A stretch of 62,287 bases of DNA, counting the filler. It is 8 parts of 8 records of this genome, joined end to end, with 100 filler letters (N's around TTAATTAATTAA, not from the genome) between each part and the next. Parts side by side here need not be neighbours in the genome. Positions count along the whole stretch, not along the records: positions 1 to 20,068 come from SRR15195285_392; positions 20,169 to 24,142 come from SRR15195285_393; 6 more parts are not named here. One strand, given 5' to 3'. Positions 10,261 to 20,267 of this stretch are shown one piece after another. Every line of letters begins with the position of its first letter. The stretch's first letter is position 1. A program made the position numbers and the translations under genes. The notes below the pieces were generated by a model. That model saw nothing but the letters and a program-made list of their open reading frames with translations. It ran no database searches and was not told the origin of the DNA.

Positions 10261-13200
10261 ATGAAGAAAATGGGCAAGAAGGCCAAGGTCGGTCCCGACG
10301 AAACTGGCACAATGGGCGCCGGGAACCAGTTCTCGGCCGCACAGCTGATCCAGATGGAGATGGCCTCCGAGCTCGTCGAGAATAAGAAGCTCGTGCAAGA
10401 CCTGACTGCGCAGACCAACGCGGACGCAGAGCGAATGATGGGTCTCGAGCGGGAATTGGAGGAGATGCGAGTGGCGTTGGACGAGGCGTCCGTCTTGTCC
10501 GAGAGCATGCGATCTGCTCTAGTTCGGCTGGACCCGAGCTTCGGACGATCAAAGCTGCAGCCGCTGGTCGAAGGCGTCAATGAGGATGGCTCTGCTTTTG
10601 CTCCAGCGCCGTTCGACCGCCTCGCGCCGTCGGTCTTGGTGAACATTTGCTCCATGCTTACTGCGGAGGATATCACGCGACTGGGCATGGTGTGCAAGTT
10701 TCTTTTTGATAACACGCGCGCGGATGCTATCTGGGTCACATTTTATGCCAACGAAGTCATGCTGTCGGCACCGCACCTGCAAGGGTGCAGCAAACGGGAG
10801 CGCAAAAGGATGCTGTCTTTGCCGTTCCGTGAACAGTACTGGCTCGTCCACCCGAAGAAGACACATGCCATGAAGAAGGCCGACCAAGCGGTGGACCTTG
10901 CCATGAAGAAGACAGACGAGGCCACTAGCAAGGCGATGGAACAAATCAAGCAAGAGAACCTGATAGCGAAAGTCAAGGAGAGGACCGAGATGCTCGAGAA
11001 GAGCCACGACCTCGCAAGCACCGCCAAAGAAGTCGTTGTGGATACGCAGGCATTCGACGAGGCTAAGAAGTTGGTACAGTCCAATAAAGGCAAAGCCGTG
11101 GACGCGGGTGACGCGGTCATGGTTGGACAGACGATGCTGACGCAACTCATGGCAAAAAGCAAAACGGTCCAGAACTCGGAGAAGCAAGAGCTGAAAGCCC
11201 AGGCAGACTCGATCCTCAAGGACATGCAGGGAATCGCAGGCGAAAGCGTGTTTCTTTCCACTGGGCTGATGAAGGCCAAGCAGATAATGAGCAAGACTGG
11301 GGATGGCGCCAGCGAGGAGATCACCAAGCTCAGAAAGCACGGCCTCGATCTGGCAAAAGGCATTAGTTCGCCCATGGAGGCCAAGTTGGCATTGGAACAA
11401 AACCCGGAGTTTGTACAGGAGGTGAAAATCCTCGCGATGGGTTACGTCGACGAGGCAGTCACATCGGCGAAGATACCCACGATCAAAGGAAGCAAAGAAT
11501 GGGGAACATATCAGATCGAAGGCATCCATATCAAAAAGCTCCACATCACAGAGGAAAGCCTGGATGTTTCGATCACGAAACAGGTCACGGTCACAGTCAG
11601 CCAAGTTTCTGCTGACTTTGACGAATTCACTTTTCTCTACGACAAGACAACTTTTCCCAAGATGGAAGACACTGGCAAGGCCAGCGCCCAGTTGGTCGAC
11701 CTTAGCTCGACCATTTCGTTCGAAATCGTGGTTGATCCCGAAGGTATGTTGACAGTTGATAACGTCAAAGCCGCCATCAGAATCGGGGCGCTGGATGTGC
11801 AGGTCAAGGCTGGCAATCACAAGTGGCTTTACAACAAGTTGTTGAAGATTTTCAACGAACGCATAAAGAATACAGTCGAACGAGAAGTGCGCAAGACAAT
11901 CGACAAAAGCGTGACCGCACTCAAACAGAAAATGTCCGAGGTGACATCGGTGCTTTCGAAGAAAATGGCAGATGCCAAGGTTGCTGCAATCAATGATGGG
12001 GCTCTTGATGTCGACGACGACGATGATCACGAGGATGTGATCGAGGAAGGCCAGCCGCCCGTAGATGATACTGTGGACGTGTCTGGAGACGAGGACGAGG
12101 GAGAGCCAGCCGTAGCCATGCCAACGCCAGTGCTACGGCCGAAAAAAGTTAAAAAGAAGGAAGCCATGCCACAACTTGAAGGGTACTTAGGTAAGCAGAA
12201 AAAAGACAAGAAGCGCAACATGGGCCGGGTCGCGTACCAAAGACGATGGTTTAAGGTCGAAGGCACAAAGTTGGTTTACTACAAGTCCCATAGAGACCAG
12301 GAAAGGGTGGGTGACATTGGTCTGTCGACGATATCGGGTTGTCGGATCGACACGGAAGATTCAACTATTTTCCACGTAGAAGAGTTTTCGCGTGTATTTA
12401 CTCTCAAGGCGGAAACGGAACAGCTTGCCAAGGAGTGGGTCACTGATATCGAGCGAGCCCGACGTATCGCCGAGTCCAACGTCGGTGCAACCGCTGAAGA
12501 ATCAGACGAAGAAGAGGCGATAGGCACCTCGGTGGTGGTCCAGTTTTTCGAAGAACACGATCCCGTGACGGTTCAGGGAGCGATCCGTGCATCATGTTTG
12601 GCATGCTTCGATGGAGCCCAGGCTGACGACATGAAGGCGACTTTAGCGTCAGCTGAGATTGCGCTGGCAACTCTCATGGGAGTGTTGGATGAACTTGCAG
12701 CAACTGGGAATCTTGGCCGCCAAGATGTTGTCGACGGATACGCGCAGCTCTTCCATGAGCTAATCTTGGCTAAGCTTGAGGCTGCAGCAGCAACAAAAGG
12801 CGAAGCTCACGAATGGGATCGTACTGATGGTGTAATCTTTATTGCTTGGGCTGCAGACTATCACGATCGGATCGAATCTCGAGTGGACGATCTGCAGTTG
12901 GAACCAAACATGACTATGATGCCAGTGTTTGCGGCCTTGACTGATCGGTTCGTCCCTGGGTACCAGGGTTACATGGAAAAGAAGAGCCCCAAATCTGTTG
13001 CAGGTAAGACCAGGTGGCAGAAACGGTTCTTCGTTCTGAAGGACTGCTGTCTATTCTATTACAAGAAAGAGGAAGATTTAAAGGAGCAAGCCCCTCCTGC
13101 CGGAATGATTGCCCTCGAGAATGCAAAGGAGCTGAGGCGTGAGCCTGGGTCCACTGAAATTACAATGGTCGTTCGTGGTCGCAAGACCACTCTACGGGTT

Positions 13201-15888
13201 GAAAAGGAGTCTGACATGTTCCTGTGGCTCGATAAAATCCAGCGCTCTTACGACGTTGCAAGCGTGTATTGCAACGCGCAGGGTGGCAAGCAGAAAGTTG
13301 CTAGCCGGCGCGCTGAAGAGTTCGATGATATGGGGCCCACAGAGCGCTATTCTCAAATTCGTGAAAAGTTTGCTGAACAATTTGATCCGTTGTGTGCACA
13401 ACGCGACTTGCCGGGTTCATTGGAGGCTGCTGATGTGCTACTGAATGAATTGACAGAGATCGCTGATGATATTGCTGGCTGTCAACCTCCACGCCCTGAC
13501 ATATTCGAATTTTATGTATCCTCGTACAACGAGCGTGTCTACGCAGGAATTTGCCAGTACCTCGACGATAAAGAAGTTTTGGATGTGATGGAGAAAAAGC
13601 TTGTGCTAACTTTGGTAGCTTGGGTCTACTCGTACGATGATCGCCTGCAAAAACTCGGAGTAGAACAGGTGGAGCAGAGGCTGAAGGACCACCCAGCAAT
13701 GGAACACCTTACTACGATGGTCCCGTATCGAGCAGGTTATCTGCGACGTAAAGTAAAACGTACGCAGCAAAAGGGGGTGAAAGCATATAGAAAGCAGTGG
13801 TATGAACTGAAGAACTGCATCCTATCTTGGTGGAAGCAAGAGCCGACCCCAGGGCAACCGCCACTAGGTGACATACGCATGGATCAGTTGCGCAGCGTGA
13901 ATGTGGATGGGCTCCACTTCAACTTATGGACTGGTGACGTCACCTACAATCTTCTGGCTCCCGATCAAGAGGAACTGGACAAGTGGGTTGGTGCTATCGA
14001 CCAATCTACCATGCGCGGGATCGTACAGGCAGAAGACTTCGAGTCCACAGCCACGAATGAAGCAGCACGGCAGGCTTACGTGTCGCAGCACGCCAAGAAC
14101 TGGGATGCTCAGAGTGATTCGGAGAAGGAAGCCGAAAGTAGCGCGTTGCTTGAAGGTTTGCTCGAACCTCTCAGTGAAGGGCAAATACTCAACGAGGACA
14201 GCCTGGAGCACAGACTTGGTGAAAGCTTCGATTATGTCGAGAGGTTCTGCGATATTTTGGTTGACGTTGCGAAGTGTTATCCTCGTCGCGACGATGCGCA
14301 TGAATGGCTCACCCGGAAGTACCACACGCATGTGGCGGAGAAGCTGGATGCCTTCCTAGCTGCCTCTAGCGGCCAGCAATGGTCTCAGGGTATGATCCAC
14401 ACGTTAATGTCTTGGTTATATAGCTATCAAGAAGAACTCGAAAGGTGTCGGCCTAGAACAGAAGACTTTGATCTGTCGCCACAACTGTATGATTTGGAAA
14501 CCGTTGAGCAGCTTATGACGGTGTATGTTGAAAAGATGGTGCAAGTCATGCGGACGTGGTCTACAAACTTGCTGCAAATGGAAAAGGATAGCGCCCAGGT
14601 GGAAACTACGCAGGAAGGTACATGCTTCACGGTGGTCCCCAGTGATATGTTTAAGATGATAGCCCAGCAGATGACCCTGGCGGAGAGCTCAGGCCTGCCA
14701 AAAGTTGTTGTGAGTGTTTGCCAAGGGTTGATTCCAGTGTTCGAGTATTATCAGTCGACGTTGTCACGTCAGATTCGTGAAGGGTGGAAAAAGTGGGAGG
14801 TGGAGTACCTCTGTGCGCAAGTGAACGATGGGGCACAGTGTATGGAATTGCTGGACGATATCGCGGAGGAGGTGCGCGGACTAGTTGGTGACGAGTGGGC
14901 TGAGCAGGTAGACTTCGACTCTTGTCTCAATGGCTTCTTGTCTGTGTCAGCGGCAGCTGGCGAATGCATCGCACTGTCTTTCTTCCGAGATATGCAAGAA
15001 GTAATGGACCTGATGTTTGACCAAGTTTGGTTCGATGAAAAAATTGTTAACGAGTTGTTGGGCTCAACTGCCAACTTCTGGGAAGCTTTGGCTGATATGA
15101 TTCCTGATCCACGCTATCTTAAGCGAATTAAGAATGAGACATTTCAGCAGACGATCTACTCGTACATCGAGACAATGCTGTGCAAGAAGGCCGGCAGTGC
15201 CCTACACACGCTCTCGCCCGAAAGCTTGGCAGCTATTGAAGAGGACTTGCAGATTATTGAGGAATTCATGATGGAGGAAACCATTACAGATGAGCAGGTG
15301 GACGCAGCAACTGGCACTACGGTGACAACGTCGCGCAAGAAAGGGCACCTGAAACCCAAAGTAGTTGGGCAAGGTGTTGACACGGTGAGAGATGTTGTCG
15401 CATTAATGCAGTGTAAACCCAAGGCCAAAATGCCCGAAGTGCTGGAAAACATGCTGCAAGATTGCCCCGACATAAATCTAGGAATCATCGATCGGATCAT
15501 CAGTGTGCGCGGAGACTTCAAGCCGAAGAAACGCATGGAAATCTTGAAGGCGTGCAACGCTGTGATCGAGGCATCCGAAGCAAATACTGAAGAAGTTGAT
15601 GCGGAGGGCCCCGGTACTTACCGTGTTCTGAAGGCTGCTGCAGTGCGAGAGTACATCGAGACGACCAGCGACAAGGTTACGACGCTGGAGAAAGGCGAAA
15701 CGATTGAGGTGCTAGAGACGCAGCTGAATGAGAAAGGGCAGATGCGGCTGCGGTACGCCCAGGGCTGGACGAGTCTGACGTCGCGAGACGGGAAGGTGTT
15801 GCTGCGCAAGGTGGTGACAGAGGAGACAATATTTACCGAGCTGAAACAACGCAACAAGGGGCTGAAGCAAGCGCCGCGCTTGGCGTGA
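10261..15888 (+). CDS. 1875-aa single-exon protein: F-box, BPI/TULIP-like domain, three PH domains interleaved with Sec6-like helical segments, exocyst Sec6 (EXOC3)-like domain, C-terminal SH3-like module
   Basis: F-box PFDRLAPSVLVNICSML...RLGMVCK...AIW (~10609-10746). BPI-like KIPTIKG...FPKMEDTGKA...HKWLYNKLLKIF (~11443-11900). PH motifs EGYLGKQ..QRRWF..EWV, QGYMEKK..WQKRFFVLK..LWL and AGYLRRK..KQWYELK..KWV. Sec6-like PPRPDIFEFYV, TVVPSDMFKMIAQQ and EYLCAQVND. Confidence 0.85.
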   Translation: MKKMGKKAKVGPDETGTMGAGNQFSAAQLIQMEMASELVENKKLVQDLTAQTNADAERMMGLERELEEMRVALDEASVLSESMRSALVRLDPSFGRSKLQPLVEGVNEDGSAFAPAPFDRLAPSVLVNICSMLTAEDITRLGMVCKFLFDNTRADAIWVTFYANEVMLSAPHLQGCSKRERKRMLSLPFREQYWLVHPKKTHAMKKADQAVDLAMKKTDEATSKAMEQIKQENLIAKVKERTEMLEKSHDLASTAKEVVVDTQAFDEAKKLVQSNKGKAVDAGDAVMVGQTMLTQLMAKSKTVQNSEKQELKAQADSILKDMQGIAGESVFLSTGLMKAKQIMSKTGDGASEEITKLRKHGLDLAKGISSPMEAKLALEQNPEFVQEVKILAMGYVDEAVTSAKIPTIKGSKEWGTYQIEGIHIKKLHITEESLDVSITKQVTVTVSQVSADFDEFTFLYDKTTFPKMEDTGKASAQLVDLSSTISFEIVVDPEGMLTVDNVKAAIRIGALDVQVKAGNHKWLYNKLLKIFNERIKNTVEREVRKTIDKSVTALKQKMSEVTSVLSKKMADAKVAAINDGALDVDDDDDHEDVIEEGQPPVDDTVDVSGDEDEGEPAVAMPTPVLRPKKVKKKEAMPQLEGYLGKQKKDKKRNMGRVAYQRRWFKVEGTKLVYYKSHRDQERVGDIGLSTISGCRIDTEDSTIFHVEEFSRVFTLKAETEQLAKEWVTDIERARRIAESNVGATAEESDEEEAIGTSVVVQFFEEHDPVTVQGAIRASCLACFDGAQADDMKATLASAEIALATLMGVLDELAATGNLGRQDVVDGYAQLFHELILAKLEAAAATKGEAHEWDRTDGVIFIAWAADYHDRIESRVDDLQLEPNMTMMPVFAALTDRFVPGYQGYMEKKSPKSVAGKTRWQKRFFVLKDCCLFYYKKEEDLKEQAPPAGMIALENAKELRREPGSTEITMVVRGRKTTLRVEKESDMFLWLDKIQRSYDVASVYCNAQGGKQKVASRRAEEFDDMGPTERYSQIREKFAEQFDPLCAQRDLPGSLEAADVLLNELTEIADDIAGCQPPRPDIFEFYVSSYNERVYAGICQYLDDKEVLDVMEKKLVLTLVAWVYSYDDRLQKLGVEQVEQRLKDHPAMEHLTTMVPYRAGYLRRKVKRTQQKGVKAYRKQWYELKNCILSWWKQEPTPGQPPLGDIRMDQLRSVNVDGLHFNLWTGDVTYNLLAPDQEELDKWVGAIDQSTMRGIVQAEDFESTATNEAARQAYVSQHAKNWDAQSDSEKEAESSALLEGLLEPLSEGQILNEDSLEHRLGESFDYVERFCDILVDVAKCYPRRDDAHEWLTRKYHTHVAEKLDAFLAASSGQQWSQGMIHTLMSWLYSYQEELERCRPRTEDFDLSPQLYDLETVEQLMTVYVEKMVQVMRTWSTNLLQMEKDSAQVETTQEGTCFTVVPSDMFKMIAQQMTLAESSGLPKVVVSVCQGLIPVFEYYQSTLSRQIREGWKKWEVEYLCAQVNDGAQCMELLDDIAEEVRGLVGDEWAEQVDFDSCLNGFLSVSAAAGECIALSFFRDMQEVMDLMFDQVWFDEKIVNELLGSTANFWEALADMIPDPRYLKRIKNETFQQTIYSYIETMLCKKAGSALHTLSPESLAAIEEDLQIIEEFMMEETITDEQVDAATGTTVTTSRKKGHLKPKVVGQGVDTVRDVVALMQCKPKAKMPEVLENMLQDCPDINLGIIDRIISVRGDFKPKKRMEILKACNAVIEASEANTEEVDAEGPGTYRVLKAAAVREYIETTSDKVTTLEKGETIEVLETQLNEKGQMRLRYAQGWTSLTSRDGKVLLRKVVTEETIFTELKQRNKGLKQAPRLA

Positions 15889-16051
15889 TGGTCGACGAGC
15901 AGTGTTGCTGCAGTGCAATCCAATTCCTGTATTTTGTACTCGTGGGCCCTCGCGCGCTCGAAGCTCCTTTGGGCCCGCCACAGTGCGCCTAGGCACGTGC
16001 GGTCGCGCTCTGCTGCGGCAGTCTCCGCGCTGCTGCTCGAGCGCGTTCGCT

Positions 16052-19000
16052 TTAGATGTCGTCTGCGTGGTACAGCGAGCAATGTTACGTTAGGTGGCGC
16101 CAATATACGTGCAATGCTGGCCACTGCAACTGATGGTGCGTTCGCACCCAACTCCGGATCCATCCAATTAAAAAAGCCAGTCAGGAAATGGCCGAACGCA
16201 ACGAAACCCGACTGCAACACCCGCCCGGCACAGTTGAGACACGGTGGTCGCATACAAATTTTGTATTGCATGTAATGCATGCATCATCGAGAAACTCGCT
16301 TACTTTCTTTTCGTCGATGCTTGCCAGTTTCTCTACTGTAACCATGTCACCAGCCTTAGCTTCCTTCAGCTTCACCTCCACTCCTTGGAGAATAATCACA
16401 CCGTACCCCTAGCCGTGGCAATGGATGTCAACGTCAGGTGCACATCAATGCAGCACGCAGGTGCCGGGGATGGCGTGAGCGCGCACCTCATCCAGCTGAA
16501 TAAACGAGTCGATGGCACAATTGAAGGCTTCTGCGTACTCGGCGAAAGCGTCTTCGTTTCGCTTGCGTACTTTCCCTGGAATCACTTTCAATAGGAATCC
16601 GACCGCCTAGCAGCGCACGAGGTCACGAGTTCAATTCTGATCACCGCCGCGCACCGCAAAGCATCAAGAAACGACCTAGTGGCTCGGGCAGAAAATGGGG
16701 GAATGAGTCACCAGCATCACGAGGAAGTGGTTCAAGTCAAGTCCACCGGCCAGCGACTGGGCGAGTTCATCGGGAGTCATCGTGTTTTTAGCCCACGCCA
16801 TTTCTTCTTCAGTCATGATGAATTCAGTTAGCTCGTCGGGACCGTCTGAAACACCGACGAGTGATTCTTTCATCACAGTTGTATCTTGGTACCACCTGCA
16901 AGAGTGACGTCAGAGTTGTAGCGCAGACTAAAGGTCAATTGGGTGGCAGTTGAAAGACACATGCGAGTTGCAGGCAGTCGCCTTACGCTGTCTTGCCAAA
17001 ATTTACGGAGCCCTTTGTATTGTTCTTCACTTCGAAGTGCATTCGTGTGCTGTCCGGATCGTATTCTAGAACAACGCCAGTCTCTTGCGGTAGTAGTACC
17101 TGCACAGATGGGGCGCGTCAGCAGACGTCGATGCTGGAATCAGTGGAAAAACACACGCCATCGACTCACTCCCAATTTCAGAACGTTGTTCATGTTCTGC
17201 GATGCCGCCGCGTGTGTCAAGACTACGATGTCGCCGACTTTCGGCCTGCATCACGCGTGGCTCTCATCAGCTGAGTTCCCAACCACACAAGGCCTGTTGT
17301 GGTCGCCTTTTTGTGCTTGAAAGCTTTAACGGTTGACACTCACAAATTCGGATCAGGTTCCTTCTCCTCTTGTTCATCATCACCTTTGCCCTTGCTCTTC
17401 TTCTCGTCTTCCTCCTCTTCTTCAGGCTCGGGCTCGGGCTCGGGCTCATCTTGTTTGGTGTAGATCCACTCAGTTTCATCTTCATTCAGCTCCCACCCAT
17501 GATCTAGCAGCAGTGTCGCGAACGGCACGGCAGTTGTGAGCCACTCATCGGTGCGCCTGCCACAATGCAACGCAGCAGACACGTCGAATGAAGTCCATTG
17601 GCATCATTAAAGCGCACCGGTAGCTGTTTCATCAGGGGTGAAGGAGACCTGCCCGTAGTCGTAGCGCATCATGCGATCCTTGAGAAACCGCATGGCGCCA
17701 TCAGGATGAAGACCATGGTCAAGGCAAGATTGCTGCAACTCTTCATGTGACCAGCGGTTCCAGAACTTGTCGCGCTGTTGCCCTGCGGAACACACATTGC
17801 ATGAGAACATGTAAACAAAGACAAAGTGCATGTGTGGAGCGCACTTACAGAACAGGAGCTGGCTTTCTTTGGTCCAGGTCTTCAGTTCTGCAGGCTCCGG
17901 CAGCTGCTCAGATAGGTTGGGGAGAATCTTGTTGACAGTTTTGTCCACTGTGCCAAATTCAAGCTCTGGTGGGGCTTCCAGCGGCTCCGGCCAGGGTTTC
18001 CCGCTCGGACCACACAACACGTCTTCGCCTTCTTCTAGCTCACGCTTCTCCCACGGCATTACCCGATCACCCTCTCTTTTGCGATGCTGGTCTTTCACAC
18101 CAACGCGGTGTGGCGCGAACGCTTGCGCGGGTGGAGCAAACGCTTCCATGAACAGAAACTCCATCTCTTGCTCAGTGATTACTGCCCCCATGTCTTTCAG
18201 GGCGGCCTCCGCTTCCGCAAGCTCGATGGTACCATTGCCGTCCAGGTCGTACTCCTTGAATGCAGCCTGCAACTTCTGGAAGACGCGATGGTTCTGACTT
18301 GCCTGGGCCCTGATTGAATGGAACGTGCGCAGCTTTGCCTTGCCACCTGCTTTGCGGTCATGCAGCGCTTTCATTGTCTTCTGAACCTTGAGCTCGATCG
18401 GAGTTGCTGGACGGTACATGTGAGCTTTATACTTTTCACCAGCGAGTGCGCGGGTGACAATTCCTTTGTCGGCACGCAGGCGCTTTCGGCCTTGGTTGCC
18501 ACGCACGATTGCCTGCACTCTTTGCGCAGCTTCAAACTCAGTGGTTTCCTTTTCGTCCCACCAATCGATGATGTACTGTATTTTGAGTGTCGACTTCAGT
18601 ATGCCTACTGACCGCATGAACACGTCCGCCAGCGCTGATAGCAGTACGAAAATCTTTATCTCTGGACCGACCTTGCATTCACGCGGTTTGGGCTCCTGGA
18701 CAGTCACGTAGTCCCAGGCGGGGTCCTGCTCCGTTCCCAAGTTTGTATGAACCGGTACGTCGACGGTCATGTAGGGTGGGCCCCAGGTCCTGTTTTCCGC
18801 GTTCCATTCTGGGCCGCCCGGGCGTGGCTCGGGCTCCTCACAGAAGTCGACGAGATACCACAGCATGTAACCGGCCAATCCAATGCCGATAGCTGTGGCA
18901 ATGACACTAGCAATCATGTACAATTTGATACTGTCTGCCTTGTGATACGCTGCATTTGCAACAGAGCACGCATGATGTCAGTCAGCCCACGGGACAGAGG

Positions 19001-19849
19001 TGACGTGGACTTCCGAAACTGTGACGCACCGAAGGCTTTTCCGACGATGTTGCCCGAAGCCAGCGCTACAAGCACGGACATGGACTTGCTGATGTCCGAG
19101 GTGAAAACGGCGCTCACGATCATGCCTGCCTCGTAGATGAAGTGGAGCGTCACGTAGCCCTTCACGTCGAGGAAAGCCTGGCAGTCGACGTAGGCGATCG
19201 ATTTCGGGCCGTCGTCCGAGGGCCGCGGCGTTTCGTCAATGTCGACCACGACTTCCGCCTCCTTCGACTTTCTGGCCGTCGGATTGATGACGAAATCATG
19301 ATGGTCGTCGTCGTGCTCCTCGGTGCCCGGCCGAATGAACGTCAGAATCATCGGCCGTGGGCTGTCGAGCAGCAGGGGGATGATATCCTCCACCGTCGTG
19401 CCCGACTCCACGGACACGTCCTCGTCGTTGACCTTGATCAGGACCAGCCCGATCCGGACGTGCGGAGCTTCGCGGCGGACGACCCCGGTGGAGATGTGAT
19501 CGACCCGCGCGCCGAGCGGGCTGTCGTGCAGGACCATGCCCAGCGGCCCTTCGCTGCGCAGGGTAACGATGGTCTCCTTCGCCTTTTTCACGAGCACCTT
19601 CACCTGCAGGTCCAGGGGCCGCTGCTTTTTGTCGCCCAAGAGCTCGACCGCATCGGCCTTGGTCTTGCCGGACTCCAGAGAGACGTCCTGGCCCCGCACC
19701 TTGGTCAGCAGCAGGCCCGGGGCGACCTCCGGGTAGCGCTGCGTCAGGATCCCTTCCTTGACGTTGTCGATCAGGATGCCCCACTCCGAGTCCTCCAGCA
19801 CCAGCCCGAGCTCCTCTTTCTCCGACACGGTCACGTCCGTCGTCGCCAT
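16052..19849 (-). CDS. Multi-exon membrane protein: 2 PDZ-like domains, TM segments, IQ motif, CML21/22-like EF-hand module, SAP-like motif, (PE)n tract
   Basis: ELGLVL...GLLLTKVRGQDV and PLGMVL...GLVLIKVNDEDV...RPMILTF (PDZ). AAQRVQAIVRGNQGRK (IQ). FKEYDLDGNGTIE (EF-hand). EELQQSCLDHGLHPDG (SAP). About 10 GT-AG introns (e.g. 18950-19029, 17783-17848, 17504-17617) keep the frame to ...WMDPELDDI-TAA. The 3' exon structure is inferred by eye. Confidence 0.7.
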
Positions 19850-20068
19850 GACAACCACCCACAGCGAAGGCCACCCCCCCTCCCCGCCCCACGACCTCCC
19901 CCACCGGGCGAGAGGCAGTGTCGCCGAGCGGGCGGCGCGTGGCAAGCGCCAGCAGCACCGAGCAGGCGGTGGCGGTGGCGGCGGTGGCTGCGTCACTGAC
20001 TGTGGGGCGTGCCACGGAGCCACCGGACTGACTGTAGGGAGCGAGAATTGGTTTATGAGTGGGGGATT

Positions 20069-20168
20069 NNNNNNNNNNNNNNNNNNNNNNNNNNNNNNNN
20101 NNNNNNNNNNNNTTAATTAATTAANNNNNNNNNNNNNNNNNNNNNNNNNNNNNNNNNNNNNNNNNNNN
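20069..20168. other. Artificial contig linker N44-TTAATTAATTAA-N44
   Basis: Identical 100-nt spacer with stops in all six frames. Confidence 0.98.
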
Positions 20169-20267
20169 GAAGTCGGACCAGAGGAAGAAGAAAAAGAAGG
20201 ACAGGGGTAAGGGGACACGCAGGAGCTGATGGTGTCGGTACAATGTATTGACCGATACTGAGCCGCC

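Noticed and set aside
10549-12030. Long antisense ORFs (493 aa here; also 19142-19999, 21537-22493, 22298-23497, 35873-36559)
   Set aside because: They are shadows of GC-rich sense genes with clear domains and have no motifs of their own.
17557-17653. Non-canonical GC-AG intron (GG|GCAGGT...GGCAG)
   Set aside because: A canonical GTGCGC...GCTAG intron (17504-17617) restores the frame more simply.
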